In this document: positions 23,749 to 35,900 of the stretch, in pieces
Layout of the letters: every line of letters starts with the position of its first letter
Position numbering within the stretch: the stretch's first letter is position 1
Assembly: GCA_040954595.2 (NCBI GenBank)
Contig: CM082589.2
Coordinates: 10,242,894-10,306,893 of the forward strand
DNA length: 64,000 nt
Direction: 5' to 3'
Source of the DNA: Balanoglossus misakiensis
Taxonomy: Eukaryota; Animalia; Hemichordata
The notes under the pieces: generated by a model
Databases searched by the model: none
Told to the model about the DNA's origin: nothing
Seen by the model: only the letters and a program-made list of their open reading frames with translations
Translations under genes and position numbers: made by a program

Positions 23749-24520
23749 ACACACAAAAAATAACACTTAACATCTTACAGTGCAGGGCCTTGCTAGTTGA
23801 TGTGGTACAATTCTATCATATCACTTCACAGCTGGTAGCCAAGGGCAGTGTTTGCACAGAGGAGCCTCCTGAATGTCTTCGCTCGTTCACACCTCTTCAG
23901 TGATAATGTCTGGATTACATTGACATGAAACTGTTTGTTCAGTAGTGTTTCAACTGCCAGCTACCTGGGTTCATTTTACACCCAAACACTGAAAATATTG
24001 TAGCAGTCAATAATATAACCTACACACTGTGTGAAATTCACCATGTTCTAAAGTAATGTTGATGTCTAATGTGCATTGTGACTTACAGGGCATGCACGGC
24101 TAAAGCTTGTCGAAAGTTGACAAAGCAAAAGACCAGACCAGTTGCCTGTTTTAAAATGTGCTTCATTCCAAGGACCTTGGCGATGAGTCATGAATTGGGG
24201 AACGTTCATGAGACCCATTTTTTTTCACTGGACCAGCACATTTAATGATATGACCTTGAAATTGAACTGTTCCCAGGAGCTACTGAGAGTTGCCTTGTTT
24301 CACCCCCAAGTTACTACCTGGGGTTTTTACAATGTCGACAGTAGTTCCAAAAAAAAAAACGTTGTACTTTTATGAATAATCGATTAGGGTAGATTTATTC
24401 ATGGTAGTAAAACTTTTTGGCCTGCAGTTGCCAAACAAAGACAATTACAAGTAAGGGACTGGACGTAAACTACCAGGGGGAGCGCAGGGAAATTGACGAA
24501 AGCGATGGCCTCAAATTAAT

Positions 24521-24875
24521 GTCATAGTCCAGTGGTTAGAGCATCAGACCCATAATCAAAGAATCAAGAGTTTGATCCCTGGCATGGTTGTGGTGTTGTG
24601 TCCTCTGGCAAGGCAATTTACATCTCCTTGCCTCTCCCCGCCTATAAGAAAAGGGTAATTTGGTGGATCGGATATTGTAATGTGTATGTATAGGTCTGCT
24701 TTGCTGATATAAAAGCTGCACATGTGAGCTGTTGTTTGCTCCCCATGGAGTGGAATGGAATATTTTAGGTCCAACGACCTAGGTCAAATTACCATGGGAA
24801 ACACTTCAAAGCAGCACATTGAGATTTATTGCATAATGTGCTATATAAGTAATAAATATTATATTGATATTATTA
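24521..24875 (+). mobile_element. tRNA-derived SINE, copy 2 (more complete)
   Basis: A box TAGTCCAGTGGTTAGAGC, B box GAGTTTGATCCC, central TTGTGTCCTCTGGCAAGGCAATTTAC resembling conserved metazoan SINE core domains, and a LINE-like tail. Tail-only copies at ~4731-4864, 7370-7507, 21296-21429 and 25395-25530. Confidence 0.78.
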
Positions 24876-24948
24876 CATAAACAACACTCTTACTTAGCAA
24901 AGGAAGTGGTCAGGTGAACTATATTCGCAGAGCTGACCAATTGTTTAA

Positions 24949-25290
24949 AGGGGCAAAGTCTCTCATCGCTGCCTTTTTTCAATTAATTATGTATGATACA
25001 AGACGCCATTGATGTTATTCTACATGTGGATATATGGTGAATCAACATTCGACCACACACAACTTCCGTCTCGTTTGTACGATATGAGAGTAAAAACTCG
25101 CCCAAAATGAATAAATGGTAAAGAACGATTATTCATTTTGGCGAGTTTTTCACTCTCCTGTCTATAAGAGGGATGGAAGTTGTGTGTGGTTGAACGTTCA
25201 TTCGCTATATATCCACATGTAGAATAACAAACGGTGTCTCTTATCAAATATAATATGGGAAAAGGGCAGCGAGAGAGAGACTTTGTCCCT
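24949..25290. mobile_element. Kolobok-type fold-back MITE, copy 2; right TSD lost to an adjacent deletion
   Basis: TTAA|AGGGGCAAAGTCTCTC...GAGAGACTTTGTCCCT. The next bases match position 7267 onward of the paralogous module, so ~60 bp including TTAA are missing. Confidence 0.88.
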
Positions 25291-25819
25291 CACATGGGGA
25301 TTAAATGCATATGCGTGTGTATTTAAAGTTAACTGTAAATCCCCAGGTTAATACGTGGCCAAAAGCACTGTAATTTGGCATTTCTAATGATGGTGAGATG
25401 TTGTTTGCTCCCCAGGGAGTTGAATGGAATATTTAGGTCCAACATCCTAGCTCAAATGACCATGGGACAACTTAAAGCACGTTGAGATTTAATGTGCTAC
25501 ATAAGTTATAAATATTATAAAAATATTATTACATAAACAACACTCTTCCTTAGCAAAGGAAGTGGTCAGGTGAAATATATTCGCAGAGCTGACCAATTCT
25601 TTAAGGAAAATTAAAGTTGGGTAATTTGGATGTATTCATACGAGTGTTGGTCAATGATAGGAAAGTCCTTTGTTCATTTTCAAAATGAAAACCAAAAATG
25701 CGAACAAAACACACTGAATTACGTATGGGATATTGATGTTGCCTAATTTGCGTGACTCTACATTTACTTAAACTCTCACAGGGAGACAAATGTCACAGCA
25801 AACGGAAAAATGATTATGC

Positions 25820-27792
25820 TAAGCAATACGCCAACCTTTAAAATATTACTTTAGAAAGTTTGTATTCATACTTTCTTCAAGTTGTCATAACGCTACCCCG
25901 AAATGTGTTTAAGTATTGCCTTTGTATTAATGGGCTAGATTCATGGCGTTATATGTCATAAATTAAAAAGCCAACCCTTATTGATTTTGATAATATTTAT
26001 GTCGGAGAATCCACAATGAAAAATATGTATTTCAATTTCATAACTCAAAATGATTTTCAAATCCATGACCTTATTTTCAACTCCAGTGATCGTACATCCT
26101 GAACCTTGTGCCAGTAAATGATTGGCCATTACAGGGTTAATGGGCACTCTCCCGTTCTCTTCCTCCGCAGTTTCATTCATGTTCTTGTTTGACGGAAATG
26201 GGTGTGACCAGACGCTTGAATGTTTTCATGTGGGTGTCGTTGTTCATCGGGATCGGTCTCCTGGTGTGTCTGTACAGGTACGCAAGGAGAAACTGCCCAC
26301 AAGAAGCTGCGAGTGAAACTATTTAAGGTAGTATGTGCCTCGCGGTCCGAGATTCAGACAAATGATAGTCCTCAAAACTTTTTCAAGTCTTTGATTTACT
26401 AAAGTGTATGGTGAGTCTCTTTGAAAACAACAAAAACATTACTCACCATATTGTTATTTTTTTGAAAGTTTAAAATGAAGTTGACAATGTACCAAACAGA
26501 TTCTATTTATTTCTTCATGACCATGTTCACCCCAAGGTCATATGGACCTGCAAGTATATGCCAGAGCCAGAGTCGACATTACCGAAGCCAGAGTTCAAAG
26601 CTTGCAGGTCACCCCTTGCCAGCTCATGTCTAGCTAAACTGCCATGGATGCCAAGAGATATAGGACTACAGTAACCTGTAGATGGTTTCAGTATGTTTGA
26701 AGAAAGTGGTGGCGCACGTTTGGCTACATTTGAAATGGCTATGGTACCAGTGGTTGAATTTGCAAAGGTGACCTTTGACCTGGTATCATTAAAGATATTA
26801 AAGAACGATTGAACATTCCTTGTTGTCGTAAAATGACATCTGTAATAACTTATATTTTATCTGTTCATCTTGAAGTACTATATATTTAAACGCCAATTTT
26901 CCATTGCCAATCAAGTTTTTACAAATAAATTGTAATATGCATGTTGATTTTACAAAAACTCCTTACTTCCAAGTGAATTCTGTTACACATCACGTAAATA
27001 TTTTCCCCACGAATTCTTCAGTTGCTGACTCGGAAATTTCATATATTGGGCAGAAATTGGATACATTACCGAGCCATTAAAATTACAGTTTTCTATTTTA
27101 ATTGATCTTCCATAACTTCAAGTACTTTGATTTGACATAAATTAAAAACATCATGGTGAATAAATAAAAAATCTTTGATTATCTAATTGTGCATGTTTAC
27201 ATGGTTTTATTTTAGTATGCTGGGTACTTAATGTCTAATTGCTCGCTGATTTTATACTGTTCAAGATGACAATCTAATTTTAGTTTTCAGCTGATAATGG
27301 AAATCACTGATTAAAAAAATTGAATTTTGTCATGAATAAACTTGTTGTTCATGGCAGTTGCTGTATTTTGTTTCATGTGTATTCAATTTTTGCAAGAATA
27401 CCATTGAGCACAGTTTGATTTGATTAAACACGTTTATCGGAAAATTTTGTCATTTGAAATATCTGTTTTTGCGCCCTCTACCATTTGACCAAATGATTCT
27501 CTTATTTTGGTGGCCTTTGTCTGTGTATATGAGAATACTATAGTACTCTCGCATCGATGATAGTAGAAGTTGAAAACGTCTCTTGCCACGTGGCCTAGAA
27601 GAAAGGTGATCTTTAGAGTAAAATAAAACAAACTATCCAGATAGGAAGCTAGAAAAGAAGTTGAATCGTTGAAATTTTATTTATTTTTATATTGTTAATA
27701 TCGTTGGTGATGTTGACTGGCCGACAATCTTTGTCACACCAGTATTTGCAGGTAGATTAAAACATTGCCTATTCCAGCAATAATCACAACAG
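25820..27792. repeat. ~1.97-kb dispersed repeat of unknown class, copy 1
   Basis: Highly similar, in direct orientation, to 42607-44578. It begins abruptly inside the 170-bp repeat. No long ORF. Confidence 0.9.
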
Positions 27793-28006
27793 TCTTACTT
27801 TTTCTATCTTTGTAAGCGTTAATCTTTATTGACCTCGCTTGTTGTTTTGTGTTTTTGTGTTGTTTTTGTTTTTGTTTTGTTTTTTTAGTAGTTTCATAAT
27901 TTTATTTGTATTTTTAAAATGTTTTCCTGTTTTTTGTTTACTTTTTTATTTTTTTTACTATTTGTTGATTGTAATGCTGTATGGGTCTCGACTGTCGGTC
28001 CCAACT

Positions 28007-29303
28007 TGTCATATAATTAGGTAGTACTGGAGTCAGTGGAAACCCAGGTGCCCGCATAATTTCAGGTGTAGTGACACCGTGTATTGTCATGTTAATGAAT
28101 AGGGCTTCGTTAGCTAAGTTTCGTGTAGTAAGAGAGCACACTTCAATTTAGGTCTTGAAGGGAGCAACAAGTCGGGTCTCCCTGCTCAGTGAGTAGAAAT
28201 ACTAGGGGAAATATTGCACCATACCTTGCTGTGTCCATGTAATGCTGTAGCACGCATTAGTGCTCTCAGGACCACTGTTTCTGCAATTCGAGTGGAAGTA
28301 AATTCAGTACTTCTAGAAAGCAGAATTGTGCTTATTCAGTGCAAACCGGTGTGGTCGGGCGATTGGCGTGGCTGGCATGGTCGTATGTGGTGTGGCTGGA
28401 AATTGCTCCAAGCAGAGTTCTGTGGAACCATCCTATAGACCCGGTATTGCTGAGCATGAAGTGTGGTGAAGAATTCTCGTGTAAGTAATGTATTTGTTTA
28501 TTTATTTACTATAACTTAAATTTATATTTTATGGATATTTATGTCAAATTCGACAATTTGTAAGTAATAGGACGGTCATAGTTAAAGCATAATTTTCCAT
28601 GATATCACATGTAATCATGACGCTTTAACTAGTCCAAATTTCTGATAATTATTATTGAGAAACGTCAGTATTCATTTGTGAACAGTTGCTAAGGTGGACA
28701 TTTCAGTCAATGTTTGTTGATTTTTCATTCAGCCATTTAACCCAAGACTTGCATCTAACAAGTCAGTCTTCAGTGTGTTTACTTGACTACTGGAGGACTA
28801 CAAGTGGTAGAAAACATGGTGTATCACAGATTGTATGTGTAATGTGGATCGTCGCTACATCGTTCATCTATACAGGACTCCATCCCATATTGTGGTTGAA
28901 TCATGATTGTTTACTATGAATGTTATATACAGCTAAGTGACACTTACCATTGTTTAGACAATATGCAATAGACAATAAACTATAGTGATATTGTGAATAT
29001 ATTCATTTATGTAATATATTAAGTAACCCATTGTATTGTATGACCAATTGTATCAGCATACCTGTACCTGCTAAATTGGTTAGGACAGAGACATTTGATA
29101 TTGTGCATATTGTGCACAAAAATTATATTCCTAGTATTATCTTTATATTATTTAATTGATTTAAATTAAATCAACTGTATTATTGTATCCGCACTGGTTT
29201 GTGTAGTTTCTCCCCATACCTTATCCACGGATGTTTACTCCTTGGCACTGAGAGCTGCTCAATATTTATCCTGGAATCAGAGGGGTGCCCTCCACCTCTG
29301 ACA
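28007..29303 (+). repeat. Putative 5' LTR of the Gmr1-like element (~1297 bp)
   Basis: TGTCA...TGACA inverted termini. It starts exactly where similarity to the uninterrupted sequence at ~44888-44911 (TGGGTCTCGACTGTCGGTCCCAACT) stops, and ends 2 nt before the PBS. Confidence 0.8.
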
Positions 29304-29305
29304 TT

Positions 29306-29322
29306 TGGGGGCTCGTCCGGGA
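29306..29322 (+). promoter_or_regulatory. Primer binding site, tRNA-Pro
   Basis: TGGGGGCTCGTCCGGGA is the canonical complement of the tRNA-Pro 3' end. Confidence 0.92.
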
Positions 29323-29641
29323 GTTTTATCGTTTTGTTGTGCATTTGTTTGTATACTATCATAAATTGTTGCCATATAGTGGAGACCATGGTTTTGATAG
29401 GTAGAGATTCTGCAAATTGTGAAGACGGTGCTGGGTCTGTAGGCTGGTACTGTTACTGTATGTGCGCTTGTGGTTTCCTGCTATATAATATGGGCCGTGT
29501 TGGTTTGCGTCGTGCGTTTGGCTGTGTTGACTTGTGCTGAATGCCCTGTACTGCTAGTGGTTGTCAAACTGGGGGTTGTAAATCGCGATACAGCAAAGCA
29601 TATATGCAGAAAGAATATCTAAGATAGGGAGAAAATTTGGG

Positions 29642-31403
29642 TTGGAAGGGACTGCTTTAAAAGATTATGTTAGAGAGGAACAAATTAGACAGAGGGATCT
29701 TAGGGCTACTGAGAGAGAGGAGCAGAGAGAAGATAATAGGCGGCGCGAGGAACATGAGAGAGAGATACTGAAAATGCAAATTCACTTACAAGAATTAAAA
29801 TTGAAAGGGGAAAATACAGAACAGCAGGTTACTGAAAATAATTTGGCCAAAGCGCGTGCTCCGAGACTACAGGGTTTTCGTGAGGATGTTGATGATATGG
29901 ATGCGTACCTTCAACGTTTTCAGCGCTACGCCACTGCTCAGAAGTGGGAAAAAGATGTCTGGGGGTGAATCTCAGTGCATATTGTTACAAGGTAAGGATG
30001 TATCCACATACAACCAAATGCCTGCAGCGTCTGCAAATAATTATGATGAATTGAAACCAGAGTTATTGAGGGCTTACCAGTTAAGTGAGGAGAGTTTTCA
30101 TGACAAGTTCCGTTCGTGTATGCCACATTATGATGAAAGTGCTCAAAAGTTTATGGACCGTATTGGTGACTATTTGGGCAGATGGGTAGAACTGGCTGGT
30201 ACTCCAAAGACGTACAATGGGCTTACAGATCTGTTACTTCGAGAGCAGTTTATTGGAGTATGTTCCAGAGACATGGCAATGTTCATTAGAGAGCGACGGC
30301 CAGAGAATGTCCAAGAGATGGTATCTACTGCCTCAAAATACTTAGATGCCCGAGGGTGGTGGAAACTGCCAAGTAATGCCAAGAATAATCCAAGGAGCCA
30401 GCCGACAGCAAATACCAAGCCTTCTGTATATCCAAATCAAGTAAATAAGTTTAATAACAAAACCAATGGTTCCCATGTTTTTAAAGGTACGTGCTTCGTA
30501 TGTGGTAAAGGTGGTCATATGGCCAAAGATTGTAGAAGTAAGCCAAAGATGCATAAGACGGCGGTATTGTTAACTGAAGAAGATAGAAACTATCCACCTA
30601 AACAAGAATGTACACATTGGGGCAACCGTCAACAGCCCAGGGGACTAGACACTGGTTATGCATGTATGGTGGTAGCAATGGAAATAGATAAAACAGATGC
30701 AACACTGAATAAGGAGTTCGTGTTACCATGTGGTCATAAGCTCCCAGTGATGAGTGCTGCTTGTAGTGCCCATGGAGTGAAGAAGATGCCGGTAATGAAG
30801 GGATTGCTCGATGGTAAGCTGGTTAGCGTTTTGCGTGATAGTGGGTGTAGTAGCGTGGTAGTTCGAAGAAGTCTGGTGTCAAGTAATCAGCTGACTGGTG
30901 AGTACAGGACGTGTGTTCTGATAGATGGGACTATTAGAAGAGTACCTGTAGCCTCTATAAAAGTTGATACCCCTTACTTTGTTGGTGATGTTACTGCACT
31001 GTGCATGATGAACCATGTGTATGATTTAATACTGGGCAACATTGATGGTGTATCTGACCCTTCGAATCCTGATACTACATGGCAGGAACCATTGCCGACA
31101 TGTAGACTGTGTACAACTGTTGGACAGGTACCAGGTTTAGCAAATGCTGTGGAGACCAGAGCCCAGAAGATAGCCAACCAAAAACCAATCAGAGAGCTTA
31201 AAGTACCTAAAGCTGTTGGTGAAGTGGTGATGCCAGGGAAGCTTCAACAAAGACTCCACTCTTGACAAACTACGTGAGAAGGCAATTTTGGGTGACGAGA
31301 AAGTGACTAGGAATGGAGGTAGGTTGAAGTTCATCATGAAAGATGGGATCCTGTACAGAGAGTTCAATTCGCCAATGGTCCAATTTGGTGAAAAGCTGTT
31401 ACA
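29642..31403 (+). pseudogene. gag: Gmr1-like gag-protease and start of integrase (frameshifted)
   Basis: DDMDAYLQRFQRYA, LLREQF, CFVCGKGGHMAKDC, LRDSGCS, ETRAQ and DGILYR. Frameshifts at ~29962 and ~31250. Confidence 0.88.
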
Positions 31404-31487
31404 CACTGCGGGAAATACTAGAGCTATGTTGGGCAGTATTCCGCGAAGCGCGAGCTCCCATGTTCACCATAGCAACGCATTGCCAAG

Positions 31488-32138
31488 ATGGCGGCGCCCG
31501 TGTTGATCGATGCCGAGAAAGTTATAAAACGCAAATTGCGAGAGGCAAAATCTGTGCTTAAACGTAAAAAATGCGTGTCGGACAATCTGTATATACACCC
31601 ACTCTTTGATGAACTTGAGGATGTGACAACAAGGGCCATATTTCGAAACGACAAGCTGTCAAAGGACAAGATTCGTTGGCGTGACGTCGCCGTATTTCCC
31701 ATGTTTCAGCGTGATATGACCTACTGGCAGAAGACCTTCTACGCTCGGCTGTCAACATCCCCGTCGTTAAGGTCACCATGGCAAAGCAGCTTTACACGAC
31801 AAATGCCGAGGGAAGTATTTGATGTTTTTCATCAGTTTGCTACTCGGACCGGTTTTGGTATCGACGAGAAGACCTCCAGGGCTATCATAACCTTGACCTT
31901 CACAAGTTCCTTGAAGCTATTGTATGTGATACGGAAAGGTTATTGCTACGAGGGCGCTATCGGTCAGCATACAGAGAATATCCTAGAGAAGAAAGTCCGT
32001 GGAAAGAGGGTAGCTGTTATATTCACACCTGAGAAGCCCTGTGTTGTGAAATATTTTATAAACAGGGAGACTGTTGCTGTTAGATTCAGCTTTGGTGCCT
32101 GGAACAAACATGGAATTCCATTACATCCAGAGAACTGA
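31488..32138 (+). CDS. Unknown 216-aa basic protein, second gene of the CACT transposon
   Basis: Intact single-exon ORF in a good start context (CAAGATGGCG), 84 bp from the left end, with AATAAA at ~32267. No recognisable domain. Confidence 0.75.
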   Translation: MAAPVLIDAEKVIKRKLREAKSVLKRKKCVSDNLYIHPLFDELEDVTTRAIFRNDKLSKDKIRWRDVAVFPMFQRDMTYWQKTFYARLSTSPSLRSPWQSSFTRQMPREVFDVFHQFATRTGFGIDEKTSRAIITLTFTSSLKLLYVIRKGYCYEGAIGQHTENILEKKVRGKRVAVIFTPEKPCVVKYFINRETVAVRFSFGAWNKHGIPLHPEN

Positions 32139-32990
32139 ACCCTATTGATTTTTCACACTGATTCAACCCATCTGAGGAACATTTTTTTCCTGATCTGTGG
32201 CACATGTTGTTCAGTGTAGATGTATCAGTCTGTCAAGACAGTCCTCTCACAATTGACATATATTCAAATAAAAAAAGGAAAATTAGAAGACTCAAAAATT
32301 CATCACTTGTCTTTATTTATCTACATTCAATACAAATGAACAGATAATGTTTACAAAATTTCCTAAACTGTAAAATTCTTTTTTTCCATCATTATTGTAA
32401 CATAGATTTTTCATTAGTTTCAGAAAAAAATGTATGTTACCTACAATCAACATTGATAAGTCAATCAAAACTGCTCATCTAACAGTTAACCAGGATTTCT
32501 GGTCTAAATTTAATTAATATTTACAATTAATTCCATGACAAAATTTATAAATATCAAGAATTTGATGAGACTTAATTCTTTATTTTTTCACAAATTCATT
32601 AAAATTTCGTGCAGGTGCAGAATAAACAACTCCTCAAGAAAAATGTAAAACTTTTCTATCAAGCTTATGTATGTCATACATTTTAATTTTGCAAAGCACT
32701 GCAATCACTATACGATTAAGGGTTTATTCACAATACTTAATAGTGGTAAGATAAGTTTCAATTTCCCTGTCCCCATACATGCACACATATACAAAATCCC
32801 ATAAGAAACATATCATCTCCAGTTCAAAAAGTGTGAATTCATGTGATTTGTGATCTCCATTTTTATTAAATGCAGCTCTCAACTACAGATGAGTCTTTAT
32901 AATTCTGTAATGTAATTAATACTATAGTTATCCTTTAATTCTAAAGTAGCACACAGTGACACAATCCACTGTTTCAAATTCAATCATTGT

Positions 32991-35900
32991 TCACAGCATA
33001 AGTTTCTTGAGTTTATTTGATATTTTACCAGTGACAGCTGCTTTTTTTATGTCATCCATAATTGGGTCAACACATATTTCACAGGCAGTCATTGTTTCAT
33101 TTTTTTAAATTGCCACACATACAGTAGCCTGCATTCTCATAATATCGACTGGGAATGTATTTTTCTTTTTCTTTAAGCTCAAATTGACCTACATTTGCAT
33201 TTCTATAGTTGTCAGCTTTTGGACTTTTGTTCCTCAGCCAAAAAAGCATCACATATTCGTGTCGAAATATGAGGGCCCACCTATTTTGAGGTGTAGAATT
33301 TTCACTGAATTCTAGCAGGCGTAGATGCTTTGCCTCTCTGCCTTCCATTGTGTTTAGGCCTAATCCCAGACTGAATTGCTTATAGATACTAGTGGTGTGT
33401 TTTGGGACTACATAACCAATGTGCCACACAGTATTATTGACATTCAGAAACAGGGAATGTAGATTAAAGTACCACCGACACTTATGCCTAAGTACAAGCA
33501 AATCTCCCTCATTTATGTTGAATCGTGAGAATAACAAAGTGATATCTCTAAGCAAGATACCAGTATATGTGTAGAGAGCTAATTGAGCCCGACGCTTTGG
33601 TCTGTCTGTATCGCTTCTCAATGCTAATACCAATCCTATGAAATGCCAAGCAAGTTTGCGAGACTCCTCACCAGTGAAGCGATAAACCACATTAATGTTG
33701 GCATTTGACTTGACACTATTTTCATTGAAGTATTTTACAATCTTATTATACAACTTTCCAGCTTTTACTTGATATTTTAGGGCAGACAGGAATTTGTACA
33801 GATATGACTCGTTAGGTAGATTCTCAATTTTAACTCCATTTTCACGACCCTTTTCCGAAGTGTGGGCAACTGCGTCAATCAGTAATCGTTGGAAGTAGTA
33901 TTGCCATGCATTGTTCTTTAAATGCAATGGCTCAGCCTTGGCACAATCAATAAATCTACCCAACGGTGGTACAAATTCCTGTCTTGACCTCAGACTGGCT
34001 ATAAATTGTGTGATTTTGGGTCGCACTGTTTTGGGCTTTCCAGTTTTAATTTTCTTAGTTGACTTCAACTTTTCAACAGCTTCTGCATCTTTAATTCTTT
34101 TCTGATATTTCCATTCATCCCACTTCTGACCTGGGCCAATTTCTGCTCCAATACAATCAATATCATTTTTGGAACGTTAGCAAATGAGCTGAAATACTTT
34201 GCTGCATTGCTTAGTTCTCCAGACACACTGGCCAATCCCTTCTGATCAAAGGGTAAAAGTGACACCTGAAAAGTTACATCAAGACTGCCAACTTTATATT
34301 TACGTTTCTCAATACACTCAAGGTCTTTTGACAATGCAATTGCAAATTCAATCATTATGGGGTCATCCTCTTTTATGTTTGCCCCTAATAGGAGAAAATT
34401 GTGGTCTGGGCTAGCAACACGGTGGGTCACATTCAAGAAACTAACTAGCCATGCAGTGGCCTGTCCATGTTTGCCAAACGGAGCCCCGTCAGCACCTATA
34501 CTGATTTGAAATGAGCCCTCCTGTTTACCGAACCAGTTAAGAATATCAGGCTGTGTTTCCCCCATATTTAAATATAAACTGGCAATCTTAATAAGCAACT
34601 CCTCAGGGTTTCTTTTTAAGCCGACTTGTTTGCCTTCAGATGATATAATTGGCTCAAGATTTCCAATGTCAAGGTTACTTACATACTGTACAACTTTTGT
34701 GTATGGGAGCAGTCTTGGTATTCTACAGCCAGAATGAATTTCTAATGCTTTCCTAGGATGTTTCAAGTTGGAGAACATCTGAAGTTCACTCTGCCTCAGA
34801 CAGTTATATTTTCGTTTGGATAGCACTCCGCCCTCATACATAGTTCTGACACTCCTCACCAAATTGTTCTCACTTTTCTCAAATTTACTGATGTATTTAT
34901 CAAATACTGATGGCATTACTTTTTTACTGATTTGGGGAGAGGTTCTGAAGAATGTTTTCATTTGGTCAGGAGTGGCAGAATTAACAAGAGTATACCACAA
35001 ACCATCAAGTGCTGCTTTTGGTGGATGTAGTACATTCGGTTTATTTATACCTTTGGCTGGGCTTACATCTGTAGTTGCTACATGAATATTTATGGCTGCT
35101 GATAAGGTTTCACACCTACGTTCATACTGTTGACGTCGCGACAGCTTCAAAGATTCACTATTATCTGCACATACTTCAGTGTTCTTGTGGACCCATTTAG
35201 AGCGTTTCACATTAACAACATCAACAGGAATCTGAAAGATTAAGTGTGTGATAAATATATACTAATTAGAATATAATCATTATATATAAAATAAAATCTT
35301 CTTACAAGTTAATCATTAATTTAAATGTCCTTGATAAGAAATACACACGTGTAGCCTGTATTTTTCTGACAACTTCTGCAATAAAAATCCTAAAAAATAT
35401 ACATAGTTTGTTGGAAAACCTAGATGTTTTGCATCAAAGCTGAACCCATTTTGTTATCATTGTTTACACAGGATCATGTGACATGAAGTTCAAAAAGCGA
35501 ATTTGGGCTAAAATTTGAAGAGGATTTATACAAATCTGAGATTTTTAAAATTATGACTAAGTCTATTTATCTGATCTAGCTTACCTTTCTCTTATTATTC
35601 TTTGTAGCTAAGATCTCACAAATCTTACTGTTCTTCTTCTCTAGTCTAGCTAGCTGGGTTGAGGATTTTTTACTAGTCTCCTAGCTGCACTCAACTTATT
35701 CAACTTATCCTGAATTATGCTTTCTTCCTCATCTCTCTTTCTCTTTCTCTGTCTACACCACTCTCCTAAGTTAAACCTGTGTTTAGTCTGTCCTCTCTTT
35801 GTTCTAACTACCAATAGGTTGTTGGCCACGCTCCCAGACAAAGATCTAGTCTTCAATTTCTCCTGATATAGTTGTTGTAAACACTTCTTTTCAGCTACCT

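Noticed and set aside
24521-24590. tRNA gene (also 6461-6530)
   Set aside because: A and B boxes are present, but there is no convincing acceptor stem and the sequence continues into SINE body and tail.
27830-27970. Hydrophobic 'membrane protein' ORF at 27839-28024
   Set aside because: It is a low-complexity T-rich tract.
31488-32138. RAG2-like gene, making the element a true ProtoRAG
   Set aside because: It is too short, shows no kelch periodicity or PHD finger, and the TSD is 3 bp rather than 5 bp.
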